Position numbers and translations under genes: made by a program. The notes beneath the pieces are model-generated. The model was given only the letters and a program-made list of their open reading frames with translations. It ran no database searches and was not told the origin of the DNA. 64,000 nt of DNA from positions 124,001 through 188,000 of the forward strand of contig NIVC01000623.1 of NCBI GenBank assembly GCA_002269645.1. Reading direction: 5' to 3'. This document shows positions 13,840 through 26,120 of this stretch, one piece after another. How positions within the stretch are numbered: the first letter of the stretch is position 1; each line of letters opens with the position of its first letter. The stretch comes from Macrostomum lignano. Lineage: Eukaryota.

Positions 13840-14185
13840 GATAGAGGTAGACATTGGGAGAGAGGTAGTTTTGGGATGAGAGGCAGACATAGAGATAGAC
13901 ATACCGAGAGAGGTGGACTTGGGTTGAGAGGTAGACATAGAGCGAGAGGTAGACATAGAGGGAGAGGTAGACATAGAGCGAGAGGTAGACTTAGGGAGAG
14001 AGGTAGACTTGGGGTGAGAGATAGACATACAGGGAGAGGTAGACTTGGATTGAGAGGTATACGTACAGGGAGAGGTAGACTTGGGGTGAGAGGTAGACAT
14101 AGAGGGAGAGGTAGACATAGGGAGAGAGGTAGACTTGGGTTGAGAGGTAGACTTGGGTTGAGAGGTAGACTTGAAGGGAGAGGTA
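13840..14185. repeat. Degenerate 18-bp minisatellite (GAGAGGTAGACATAGAGG-type)
   Basis: Recurrent GAGAGGTAGAC core; 6-aa periodic ORFs. Confidence 0.85.
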
Positions 14186-15179
14186 GACACACCGAAAGGA
14201 AAAGTTACAGGCAGACATGGGGTAAGAAGTAGACAGGAGGCAGCTAGACAGAATGTGAGAGGCAGTTCTGACAGAGCAGGGTCGACTAGCAACTAGAAGA
14301 GATCGCAAGGGGAATCCAGGTAAAGAGCAACGCTTTCTTTCGTTGCCCAACAGAAAAGTGTGCTAGAATTTTAGGCGCGTTGCACTTTCAGAACAGTTGG
14401 AGTGGTAGACCGGGCCGGGGGCGAGGTCAGGCAGCATGAGCTCGCACTCACTCAGGTGAACTTGTCCTCCTGCCGAGGCGAACAGAAATAGAAAGTCGGT
14501 GTTCGCGGCTTGAGCTTTTCACCTTCTTTTCGTTGAGCGGGAGGGAGCTTTATTTTAGAGGCAAACAGACACGGGGAATGGGGTGGAGCAGAGCTGGGAA
14601 GTGAAGGGGGAAGCCCCTGCTTCCGGACTTTTTTGTTAGGCTAAGGGGGAGCATTTAGAGTGAAGGATCCAGGGGGGGGGTACATTAGCACCTCATTGGT
14701 CATTGGGGCAGAAGCAGCAATATCATTGGAGAGCCTGGGAGTTGCCATGCTTGTCCGATTCGAATTCTCGCACTTTCCTAGAATTCTCGATCTCTGCGTC
14801 TCTCTGACTTAAGTGTCAGCATAATTATCTAAGAGCGACATCTGCGTCCAGTATGCGATAGAGTGAGTGCAGTTTTATTTATGCTAATTCAATGCTCCCT
14901 CAACACTCCAGACCGCTTTTCGAAGAATAACATTCGGCCGAGTTGTTAGGTGGTCACTTCTAACTGAAAGTGTGCGGCACTTTCTACTTTCTGTGGCGAA
15001 TTCCATAGAAACGAAATTTTTGTCTGTCACGTACTAACTATTTGAAATTTGATATTTGTTAATCTTCTACTGAACTGTCGTAACTCGCGCGGGAGTTTTC
15101 TGTTAAGCACGATTTTAAAAAAGAGGGGGACTGTGGAAAACAAGGGGAGAAAAGAAAAAATTAGGAAATATGAGTTCAT

Positions 15180-16025
15180 AAGTTTATGAGTGATTCCATG
15201 AGAGAGTTCATGAGTTGCTTTATGAGTGAGTTTAAGTGAGTTTATGAGTGACTTCCCATATACTAAAAATGGTCTGTCTGTGTCTTTATGACTGACTTTA
15301 TGAGTGAGTTTTTGAGTGACTTTATGAGTGAGTTTATGGGTGAGTTTATGAGTGAGTTTATGAGTGAGTTTATGAGTGAGCTCATGAGTGAGTTTATGAG
15401 TGAGCTCATGAGTGAGTTTATGAATGAGTTTATGAGTGAGTTAATGAGTGAGTTTATGAATGAGTTTATGAGTGAGTTTATGAATGAGTTTATGAGTGAG
15501 TTTATGGGTGAGTTTATGAGTGAGTTAATGAGTGGGTTTATGGGTGAGTTTATGAGTGAGCTCATGAGTGAGTTTATGAATGAGTTTATGAGTGAGTTTT
15601 TGAGTGAGTTTTTTGAATGAGTTTATGAGTGAGTTTATGGGTGAGTTAATGAGTGAGTTAATGAGTGAGTTTATGGGTGAGTTTATGGGTGAGTTTATGG
15701 GTGAGTTTATGAGTGAGTTTATGGGTGAGTTTATGAATGAGTTTATGAGTGAGTTTATGAGTGAGTTTATGAATGAGTTTATGAGTGAGTTTATGGGTGA
15801 GTTAATGAGTGAGTTAATGAGTGAGTTTATGGGTGAGTTTATGGGTGAGTTTATGGGTGAGTTTATGAATGAGTTTATGAGTGAGTTTATGGGTGATTTT
15901 ATGAGTGAGTTAATGAGTGAGTTTATGGGTGAGTTTATGAGTGAGCTCAAGAGTGAGTTTATGAATGAGTTTATGAGTGAGTTAATGAGTGAGTTAATGA
16001 GTGAGCTCATGAGTGAGTTTATGAA
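15180..16025. repeat. 12-bp minisatellite (ATGAGTGAGTTT)n
   Basis: Unit read directly; MSEF/LINS periodic ORFs. Confidence 0.95.
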
Positions 16026-16257
16026 CGCATCGCGAGTAATTAGTTAGTTGGCGAGTGAATAAAAAGGTTCTTGAGCTTTTAAAGCTTTCTCAGAAATAAA
16101 TATAGAGAAACAACTGACAGTCTCAGTAAGCAAGATTTTATTTTCGTGTCAAGCACGTACATGTAATTATCCCATCTAAAAAAGTTTGAGTCTTGTATCA
16201 TCTATCATCTATCACATCCCTGTTGCATCAAAATGTCAGGCGCCAGGCGTAGCCAGT

Positions 16258-19200
16258 TCAAATGGCTGCCAGAGCCGAGAAGCCCCCGGCAACCGCCAGA
16301 GCGACAATGGCTGACAGGCTGGCAGCGAGTTTCATGCCTGACTTTGGCGGGTCCGGGCACAGCTGGGGCGGCGTCCAGCTGCCCGGGTCCAGGCCCTTCA
16401 GCAGCAGCGTCTCCTGCTCGAAGACGAATGACTGCATCACCAGCTGGCTGGCGTTGACACTGTCGCGTCTGACAGTCAGGAAGGACAGCGGATTGGCCCA
16501 GACCGCATACGGCACCGTGATGCTGTCGGCTGTCCGCTCGATTATGTTGCCAGGACTGGAGGACTCCTGCGGCTCCAGCAGGTTCACGAAGAACTGATAA
16601 GGCTCCGGTTCGGCCGTCAGCGAGACAGGGATCAGCTCCAGCTTGCCTATGCCGTACAGCAGTGTCAAACTGCCAGCGGTCTCGTTAGGGTGCACGCGCA
16701 CCTGACCAAATCCAAAGTTGGCGTACCTGCCACAGGTGGGAAATGTTCGATGGGTCTTTTATCTACTGCGAGATGAGGGGTTTGGGAAAGCTCTGAATCC
16801 GTGATATTAATTATTCTATTCACCTCACTCCCGCACCCACCTCACTCCCGCACCCACCTCACTCCCGCACCCACCTCACTCCCGCACCCACCTCACTCCC
16901 GCACCCACCTCACTCCCGCACCCACCTCACTCCCGCACCCACCTCACTCCCGCACCCACCTCACTCCCGCACCCACCTCACTCCCGCACCCACCTCACTC
17001 CCGCACCCACCTCACTCCCGCACCCACCTCACTCCCGCACCCACCTCACTCCCGCACCCACCTCACTCCCGCACCCACCTCACTGCTCCTTCTATTTATT
17101 CCACCCACCAATTCTAAATGGCAATGCCCTATATTTAACATCACTCTTCGATAATGTCATCACACTGCAAGCTAAAGGACAAGCAAAAATTCAATAATAA
17201 TTGCGTCTATGAGCAGCGCACCTGCCGGTGAGTAGATTAACCTCGTCACTGGTCAATTTTCGTCGCTGCATTTTGTGCACCCTGGGATCGGCTGGTATTT
17301 TATTGAATATCTCGCAGACGTTGTCCTCTGTCACGAATGAGTGGTTTCTTAGCAGCAAGTCAGCGATGTACTTGTTGATAACAGATGCGTAAGCGACTTG
17401 AAGGGGGGCACTGTCCACCTGTTCCAGGGTCATGTGATTGAAAACGGCCAGGTTCTGACTGGGGAAAATGTCCAACTCGCAGCGCACACCTAGCAGAGAG
17501 CCACCGTGACTGAAATCCAGGTGCCCTGTGCAGGTTGAAAAGCTGCTTTGTGCAACGCTTGAAAATCGTATTGTTAGCTTGCAAAAGTACAAGTACAAGG
17601 TGGGTGAACGAGTGGGTGGGTGCAGGAGTGAGGTGGGTACAGGAGTGAGGTGGGTGAACGAGTGGGTTGGGTGCAGGAGTGGGGTGGGTTCAGGAGTGAG
17701 GTGGGTGCAGGAGTGAGGTGGATGCAGGAGTGAGGTGGGTGCAGCAGTGAGGTGGGTGAACGAATGGGGTGGGTGCAGGAGTGAGGTGATATAGGAGTGA
17801 CGTGGGTGCAGGAGTGGGGTGAGTGCAGGACGGAGGTGGGTGCAGGAGTGAGTTGGGTGCAGGAGTGGGGTGGGTGCAGGAGTGGGGTGGGTGCAGGAGT
17901 GGGGTGGGTGCAGGAGTGAGGTGGGTGCAGGAGTGAGGTGGGTGCACATAATATGAGAAAAGACTCACTTCCATACCAGGTCCGCATCCAGCCACGGCCG
18001 TAGGACTCGATCTCCCAGTCCGGCAGGTCGCTGACCACACTGGCATTGTACAACTGCGGGTTGAACAGGGCGTTAATCCCAACTCCTGCTGCCAAGGCGT
18101 TCAACGGTCGAAACTGTCCCGGCGCCGGCTCGTAGACGGAGTGTTTGGGGCTGGCGAGGTGGCGCATGTACCGCGACATGTCCGGCAGCGAGGCCAAAAT
18201 GCCGCCGGCAGCTTCAACAAACCTTGTAGCTCTATGCAATACATTAATTAGTGACGCTTTGTCTTACTAGTAGTAGGATGATAAACGTTTTTCACTTGTT
18301 TTTAAGATATTGATCAAAAAATTGAAAAATAATGCCAAAATCGTGTCAAGTTAGCCTGGCGTCGCAACTCATCACAGCTTAACTAATCAAAGAATTTAAA
18401 GCCCAGACTCACCGCTCCATCTTGGACATCTCCAGCGGCACTTCCAGCCGCTTGTACTGCTGATTGATGACGACTCGGTCCAGCAGTTGTTTCTGCTTGA
18501 TCTCTGAGCTGCCGTGAGTGTCCGTCATGCCCAGCGGTTGCCAGAGAAACTCGCGCATGTACTGGACGAAGCTGCGGTTCGTCAGGCGTTGCACAGCCAT
18601 ATCAGCGATTGTCCACACCAGGTTGTTGTAGACGAACGAGCCGCGACATGTCTGAAGGTGGGAAAATAGGATTTGAGGAACTCAGGGTAATCTGCTCAAG
18701 GTGTCTCAGGTAGGGTGAAGAGGAGGACTCAATGTAGTCTGCTCAAGGTGTCTCAGGTAGGGTGAGTGGATCAGGACTCAATGTAGTCTGCTCAAGGTGT
18801 CTCATGTAGGGTGAGTGGATCAGGACTCAATGTAGTCTGCTCAAGGTGTCTCAGGTAGGGTGAGTGGATCAGGACTCAATGTAGTCTGCTCAAGGTGTCT
18901 CAGGTAGGGTGAGTGGATCAGGACTCAATTTAGTCTGCTCAAGGTGTCTCAGGTAGGGTGAGTGGATCAGGACTCAATTTAGTCTGCTCAAGGTGTCTCA
19001 TGTAGGGTGAGTGGATCAGGACTCAATTTAGTCTGCTCAAGGTGTCTCAGGTAGGGTGAGTGGATCAGGACTCAATGTAGTCTGCTCAAGGTGTCTCATG
19101 TAGGGTGAGAGGAGGGCTCAGTGCAAGGATAGTACACTTACTTGGCCAGATCCTCTTTGCTCTGCCACTCATTCAGATACCACATGCTGTCGTGTCTGGA

Positions 19201-19735
19201 CAGTCCAGTTCTGTGGCTCAGCATTTCGTCAATGGTGACAATCTCGCTGAGTCCGTGATCGGCAAACCAGAAGCTCTGATCTCCAATCAGCTGTTTTATT
19301 GGAGTGCTGAACAAGCTGCAAGATAAATACCGAATGAAATTTGTACTTCTAATTACTTTGTCTCCGGCCGGCTACCGATTTTAGATTTGCTTACCTAAAC
19401 GACTGATTCTTAAGTTGTTCGCGAAGGTGCTTCTCCACTTGAACCAGTGCCGTGCCAAACATTCCCTTGCTAACGGAGGCCAGGTACAGCAGCCGTACAT
19501 CAGTGTCGGCAATGTCTTTGATCTCGCCGCTAGCCAGCTTCTCCAGTTTGACGCTGAAAATCTCCTGGTTAGCGTGCACCACTGCTGCGTGCAGCTGCGG
19601 CACCGACTGACAGCGCATGGTGCGCTCCAGCACCCGACGGACTGCCGCGGTGTCCAGCGGGTAATAGGAGGCACCCGCCGCCACCAGCTGCAAGCAGCAC
19701 AGAAGGACGAATGCCAGGTTCCACACAGACTGCAT
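16258..19735 (-). CDS. Secreted, probably GPI-anchored beta-lactamase/penicillin-binding-protein-family serine hydrolase (AmpC/LACTB-related fold plus a DUF3471-like C-terminal region)
   Basis: Exons 19735-19395, 19315-19142, 18651-18413, 18231-17969, 17525-17222 and 16726-16258. Signal peptide MQSVWNLAFVLLCCLQLVAAG; SxxK (ASVSK); LSHRTGL; YxN (GSFVYNN); PLGM; AAGGILAS; YGRGW; HxG (FSHGG); C-terminal LTGRYANFGFG; terminal hydrophobic tail LSAIVALAVAGGFSALAAI*. All junctions are phase-compatible except exon 2 (phase 2) to exon 3 (phase 0). Confidence 0.88.
16821..17084. repeat. 17-bp intronic minisatellite (CACCTCACTCCCGCACC)n
   Basis: About 15 near-perfect units. Confidence 0.96.
17599..17947. 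repeat. 17-bp intronic minisatellite (GGTGCAGGAGTGAGGTG)n, inverted relative of the 16821-17084 array
   Basis: Reverse complement CACCTCACTCCTGCACC differs from the neighbouring unit at one position. Confidence 0.93.
18690..19107. repeat. 49-bp intronic minisatellite (GTGTCTCAGGTAGGGTGAGTGGATCAGGACTCAATGTAGTCTGCTCAAG)n
   Basis: About 8-9 units read directly. Confidence 0.95.
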
Positions 19736-20089
19736 TATGCCGGCCTAGTTTTGTTGTTTCAGCTGAGTGAGTCTTGGACTTTTACTCTGCTAATTGAACA
19801 GCTCTAAAAAAGGTTCTTTTAAGAAAGCTCGCTTGGCAGTGCGGCTTATCTTCTAAGATTTTTTGACTCACTCTTTGTGGTTTGATTGAGTCCAATACGA
19901 ACTAGAAGATAAGATACCAACGAGAGAGAGAGCAGCTCACCTTGTGGTACTTTCTCCATTTTAAAACCAATTAAATATTTCGAAGTTCAACTTGGTAGTG
20001 ACGGTTTTGCTGCTACTAAAATTGACGTGCATAGTTTATGCATTTCATGTAGACCTCTTCGGTTCGCCCTTGTGCCATTTGTTTGAAAT

Positions 20090-20578
20090 CTGCCGCTCTC
20101 CGCTCTTTCTTACTTTCAATCTGCCTCTCTCCGCTCTTTCTGACTTTCAATCTGCCTCTCTCCGCTCTTTCTGACTTTCAATCTGCCTCTCTCCGCTCTT
20201 TCTGACTTTCAATCTGCCGCTCTCCGCTCTTTCTGACTTTCAATCTGCCTCTCTCCGCTCTTTCTGACTTTCAATCTGCCTCTCTCCGCTCTTTCTGACT
20301 TTCAATCTGCCTCTCTCCGCTCTTTTTGACTTTCAATCTGCCTCTTTCCGCTCTTTCTGACTTTCAATCTGCCTCTCTCACCTCTTTCTTACTTTGAATC
20401 TGCCTCTCTCCGCTCTTTCTGACTTTCAATCTGCCTCTCTCCGCTCTTTCTGACTTTCAATCTGCCTCTCTCCGCTCTTTCAGTCCTTAAATCTGCCTCT
20501 CTCTACTCTTTCAGTCTTTCAATCTGCCTCTCTCACCTCTTTCTTACTTTCAATCTGCCTCTCTCCGCTCTTTCAGTC
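20090..20578. repeat. 31-bp minisatellite (TCTGCCTCTCTCCGCTCTTTCTGACTTTCAA)n
   Basis: Unit read directly. Confidence 0.93.
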
Positions 20579-20688
20579 CGTAGGGTTTCAACCATAGAAT
20601 AAGCAAACGCTAGCCAAACAATAATGCTATACCTATAGATTCAAAACGATCAAAACGATTTTTTCATGTCTGAACGTCTTGATTAAAG

Positions 20689-21093
20689 TTGAATAGCTCA
20701 TATACGCCAGCTGCAATTCACGCTATGAACTTCATCGTTGCCCCTATGATATTAAATCAAAGTGCAGCAGGCTTGGTCATCAGCCTGGTCACCATCTGCG
20801 TCTGCTGTTGCTACCTGACTGGCGTAATTCTGCAGCTTGGCATTGAATCCGCGATGGTGCATCTTCAGCTCGCAGACAGAGCAATAGTTGGACCTTCAAT
20901 ATCGTTGAGCGCCGCTCTGACTCTCTCTTTGACCTGCAACTCTCTGCTGCTCTGCTGTCTGCCAGTCTGCCTGCTGCTTGGCATCCTCTGGCGTCAGCAG
21001 GCCGTCGTCTCATCGACTGCGGCACTGCAGACGGATGCAGATGCCGATGAAGCTGATACCACAGCTGATGATGACGGGCAAGGCGACTCCTGA
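20689..21093 (+). CDS. Possible exon/ORF encoding a small membrane protein (two hydrophobic segments, acidic tail)
   Basis: Non-repetitive ORF with LVISLVTICVCCCYLTGVILQLGI and ISLSAALTLSLTCNSLLLCCLPVCLLLGILW, then DADADEADTTADDDGQGDS. No family recognised; strand not certain. Confidence 0.3.
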   Translation: MNSSYTPAAIHAMNFIVAPMILNQSAAGLVISLVTICVCCCYLTGVILQLGIESAMVHLQLADRAIVGPSISLSAALTLSLTCNSLLLCCLPVCLLLGILWRQQAVVSSTAALQTDADADEADTTADDDGQGDS

Positions 21094-21589
21094 GTCGTGT
21101 TGTCAACGCATTTTTATGATTATGAAGTATTCTCTTACCTGTGGTTCCCATCCACCCCTCCGGTCACCGAGAGTTTCTGTCTATGGCTGCAACTTCAGGC
21201 TAAAATTGATGTACAAAGACTTAAATAGGCTCATATCTGTTTAAAGTCGCCGATTCTATATTCTTGTACTTTTGAGCTGTATTTCTATGAATAGAAATTG
21301 CAGTGACTAGAGGGGTGGGTCGGGTTATAAAACCGAGCATCGGCTCTTCTGTGCAATTAACTGCCCTTAATTGGGCAATTTGGTTTGCTCACTAATTGGC
21401 CATTTTACGGTGACCAAGTAAGTGATTTGTGTGTCAAATGCTCATTTGCCTTGGGCAAGTTGTTTTTGTGTTAGTCTCAAAGCGATGACTGATAATTTCT
21501 CTGATTGAGTTTTGAGCTTCTCAGCTGCTTATTAACGTGCGAAAAGGGACTGACTGCTGGGTGTCTGTCACGTGCCTATGAAATGTCAC

Positions 21590-22165
21590 TGTGGTGTCTG
21601 AAGGGTCTGTGAGGTGATTGTGAGGTGTCTATGAGGTTTCTGTGAGGTGTCTGTGAGGTGTTTGTGAGGTGTCTGTGAGGTGTCTGTGAGGTGTCTCTGG
21701 GGTGTCTGTGAGGTGTTTGTGAGGTGTTTGTGAGGTGTTTGTGAGTCGTCTGTGAGGTGTCTATGAGGTGTCTGTGAGGTGTCTGTGAGGTGTCTGTGAG
21801 GTGTCTGTGAGGTGTCTGTGAGGTGTCTGTGAGGTTTCTGTGAGGTGTTTGTAAGGTGTCTGTGAGGTGTCTGTGAGGTGTCTTTTTGGTGTCTCTGATG
21901 GGTATGCTGAGTGTCTGTGAAGTTTCTGTGAGGTGTCTGTGAGGTGTCTGTGAGGTGTCTGTGAGGTGTCTGTGAGGTGTCTGTGAGGTGTCTTTTTGGT
22001 GTCTCTGATGGGTATGCTGAGTGTCTGTGAAGTTTCTGTGAGGTGTCTGTGAGGTGTCTGTGAGGTGTCTTTTTGGTGTCTCTGATGGGTCTGCTGGGTG
22101 TCTGTGAGGTGTCTGTAGAATGTCTGTGGGGTGTCTGTGAGGTGTCTGTGAGGTGTCTGTTTGTA
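21590..22165. repeat. 11-bp minisatellite (GTGAGGTGTCT)n with ~110-bp higher-order blocks
   Basis: Unit read directly; the variant block TCTTTTTGGTGTCTCTGATGGG recurs at ~21881, ~21991 and ~22068. Confidence 0.93.
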
Positions 22166-23459
22166 TCTGTCTGCTGAGTGTCTGAGGGATTCTGCTGAAC
22201 TGGATGGAGTCTCCTAGAGCTGAACGCTGACTCCATCCCGTTTTTGATGGGTCGAGCATTCAATTATGCGACTTTATAATTTGAAATAAAAATTCTGTTC
22301 ATCATCAAGAATTTTATTTGGTACTGACAGGTAATTCATACAATCGACTCCCAATATCAGGTCCTACCGATCTGATTTTTGTCAATGTCAGTAAAAATCA
22401 ACTTTGTAGTAAGAATGAAGAAAAAGTTGCACTCATTCCCAATTCACAGGCTCCTGTGCTTGTGGACAAGAAATTTTCGATACAATGGACCCCCTGTGGA
22501 GAGCGGCGCAAATGCAGTGGGTGCAACAGCAAGTGTTACGCAATCAATGCTTGAAGACCGAAGTCTTCATTCGCAGTTCTGTGTTTCTGTCTCCCTCCCC
22601 AAGTCTGTCAGTTAAACGGGCCTGCAAGTCCTCAGTCAGTTTAGTGTCTTTAAAAATTAAAATTTAAAACTACATATTGACGCGGCTATCTTGCTTTTCT
22701 TCAGACTATAGACTAAAAAATGGAAATAGTTTGACCGTATTAAAAATTTTATACATTTTAAAACCTTTTCGCGCCGGAGCTAGAAATACAAAAGCTCTGT
22801 TCCTGGCGACATGGTCAGCAGGGCTGGCCATAGACTATAGCTAGAATCTTAATGCGCCTCTGTGCAAAGCCTTTCTAGCCGAGAAGGGAGCATTTTATAC
22901 TCGGCTTGGACAAATCTTGGGTCGAAAGAAGCAGTTTCAAAGTGCATTTCACTTATTGCTCTCTGAATAGATTATGCAGTGTGTACACTCGATATCTAGC
23001 AATAGCCACTACAGCACTTTAAAATCTTCAAACAGGCCTTTTTGAAAGAGAAAGCACTGCACCTTTTTAATACGAGTAGGGCATCATTTTATTGGAAAGT
23101 AAATCAGCTACAACCATGGAAATTTTGCATACATCGGATTCTGAGACTGATGATGTCATCAAAGAGAAACCGAGTCGCTGCATTCCATTGCAGATAAATA
23201 GGACTTTTTTCACCCATTTTTCGTATGATCAGCGCTGCTGACCATGCTCGGCAGGAACGGCTACTGTGCAGCTCATAACTTTTCTTTTACCATAGACTCC
23301 AAAAATTACCAGCAGTAAAGGTTTTTGGTCCATGCCGGCAGCTTAAAGTTAATAGAGGATTTGGTTTGACTTTTGAGGTTAGAAGTTTGTTCTGTAGCCA
23401 ACAACAATGACAATGAAAATCACAAGGACGACTGGATAACTACAGTGTCCTTAACGAAG

Positions 23460-24390
23460 ACGACGACAACAAGAACAAAACTAACAACAACAACAACAAC
23501 AATAAAACTAACAACAACAACAACAAAACAAACAACAACAACAAAACAAACAACAACAACAACAGCAATAGCAATAACCACAACAACAGCAACTACAATG
23601 GCAACAACAATAACAACAACAATAACAACAACAACAACAACAACAAAACAAACAACAACAACAACAGCAATAGCAATAACCACAACAACAGCAACAACAA
23701 CAACAACAAAACTAACAACAACAACAACAACAATAAAACTAACAACAACAACAACAACAACAACAAAACAAACAACAACAACAAAACAAACAACAACAAC
23801 AACAGCAATAGCAATAACCACAACAACAGCAACTACAATGGCAACAACAGTAACAACAACAATAACAACAACAACAGCAACAACAACAACAACAAAACTA
23901 ACAACAACAACAACAACAATAAAACTAACAACAACAACAACAACAACAACAACAAAACAAACAACAACAACAAAACAAACAACAACAACAACAGCAATAG
24001 CAATAACCACAACAACAGCAACTACAATGGCAACAACAATAACAACAACAATAACAACAACAACAACAACAACAAAACAAACAACAACAACAACAGCAAT
24101 AGCAATAACCACAACAACAGCAACTACAATGGCAACAACAGTAACAACAACAATAACAACAACAACAGCAACAACAACAACAACAAAACTAACAACAACA
24201 ACAACAACAATAAAACTAACAACAACAACAACAACAACAACAAAACAAACAACAACAACAAAACAAACAACAACAACAACAGCAATAGCAATAACCACAA
24301 CAACAGCAACAACAACAACAACAAAACTAACAACAACAAAACTAACAACAACAACAACTACAGCAACTACAATAGCAACAACAATAACAA
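23460..24390 (+). repeat. Compound (AAC)n array; the Thr frame is open throughout (possible mucin-like exon)
   Basis: ORF 23373..24449 with internally duplicated blocks such as TTKQTTTTTAIAITTTTATTMATT. Confidence 0.85.
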
Positions 24391-24994
24391 CATTGGCTTC
24401 CTTCCATCAAGCTTTGCGCTCTGAACCCTCCAAACCCTCCAAAAAGTAAAATAAAAATGAGTTCAATTATGACTCCCGTACTGACAGCTCAGGTCCTGGC
24501 CCATATTCAGTATTCAAAAGAACAGGAAGATTGGATCGAGAGCTTCATAAAGTCGAGTCCAAGTCAAGAGGATTGGAATTAGTTGCCAGGGCAGTCTTAA
24601 TGAAAAATCCTCAGTTTTTTAAGTGGACTGACTATCAGTGCTCTAACCAGCTTCAAGTGGTTAGGAAATTAATTTATATGGATATTGGTTGACTTCATTT
24701 CGATAAATTTTTAGGTGAAAAGAGGGACCAGAACCTGGCACCGACTGTCCCACCAGGTGCGAAATTTTTCTTTTTATTGATAAGCAGAACTGTGATCCTA
24801 AAATGAGAGGATAGGCCATTAGCAACTTTTTTATTAATCATTCCCCTAAGATGCCGCCATCGTGAGTGGTTAGTGGTTTCTAAGGCAAAAACAATGCATC
24901 GATGAGAAATCTGATACAACTTACTCGCAATGACATAAGCTAGCGCCTTCTGAATAAAATTATTAATCTCTCTCAAAGGTAGATTAAAGTTCAG

Positions 24995-26120
24995 AATAGA
25001 ATAGAATAGAATAGAATAGAAAATAATATAATAGAATAGAATAGAATAGAATACAATAGAATAGAATAGAATAGAATAGAATAGAATAGAATAGAATAGA
25101 ATAGAATAGAATAGAATAGAATAGAATAGAATAGAATAGAATAGAATAGAATAGAATAGAATAGAATAGAATAGAATAGAATAGAAAATAATATAATAGA
25201 ATAGAATAGAATAGAATAGAATAGAATAGAATAGAATAGAATAGAATAGAATAGAATAGAATAGAATAGAATAGAGTAGAATAGAATAGAATAGAAAAGA
25301 ATAGAATAGAAAAGAAAAGAATAGAATAGAATAAAATAGAATAGAAAAGAATAGAATATGATATAATAGAATAGAATAGAATAGAATAGAATAGAATATA
25401 ATAGAAAAGAAAAGAAAAGAAAAGAAAAGAATAGAATAGAATAGAAAATAATAGAATAGAATAGAATAGAATATAATATAATAGAATAGAATATAATAGA
25501 ATAGAATAGAGTAGAATAGAATAGAATAGAATAGAATAGAATAGAATAGAATAGAATAGAATAGAATAGAATAGAATAGAATAGAATAGAATAGAATAGA
25601 ATAGAATAGAATAGAATAGAATAGAATAGAATAGAATAGAATAGAATAGAATAGAATAGAATAGAATAGAATAGAATAGAATAGAATAGAATAGAATAGA
25701 ATAGAATAGAATAGAATAGAATAGAATAGAATAGAATAGAATAGAATAGAATAGAATAGAATAGAATAGATTAGATTAGAATAGAATAGATTAGATTAGA
25801 ATAGAATAGAATAGAATAGAATAGAATAGAATAGAATTGAATGGAATAAAATTGAATAAAATAGAATAGAAAAGAAAAGAAAATAATAGAATAGAATAGA
25901 ATAGAATAGAATAGAATAGAATAGAATAGAATAGAATAGAATAGAATAGAATAGAATAGAATAGAATAGATTAGATTAGAATAGAATAGATTAGATTAGA
26001 ATAGAATAGAATAGAATAGAATAGAATAGAATTGAATTGAATGGAATAAAATTGAATAAAATAGAATAGAAAAGAAAAGAAAATAATAGAATAGAATAGG
26101 GTAGGATAGAATAGGATAGA
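24995..26120. repeat. (AATAG)n pentanucleotide microsatellite, ~1.1 kb
   Basis: Unit read directly; a variant block is duplicated near 25770 and 25970. Confidence 0.97.

Noticed and set aside
22450-24580. Exon-like islands (MDPLWRAAQMQWVQQQV at ~22485; VLAHIQYSKEQEDWIESF at ~24493)
   Set aside because: Several frames are open, no phase-consistent gene model could be built, and no family was recognised.
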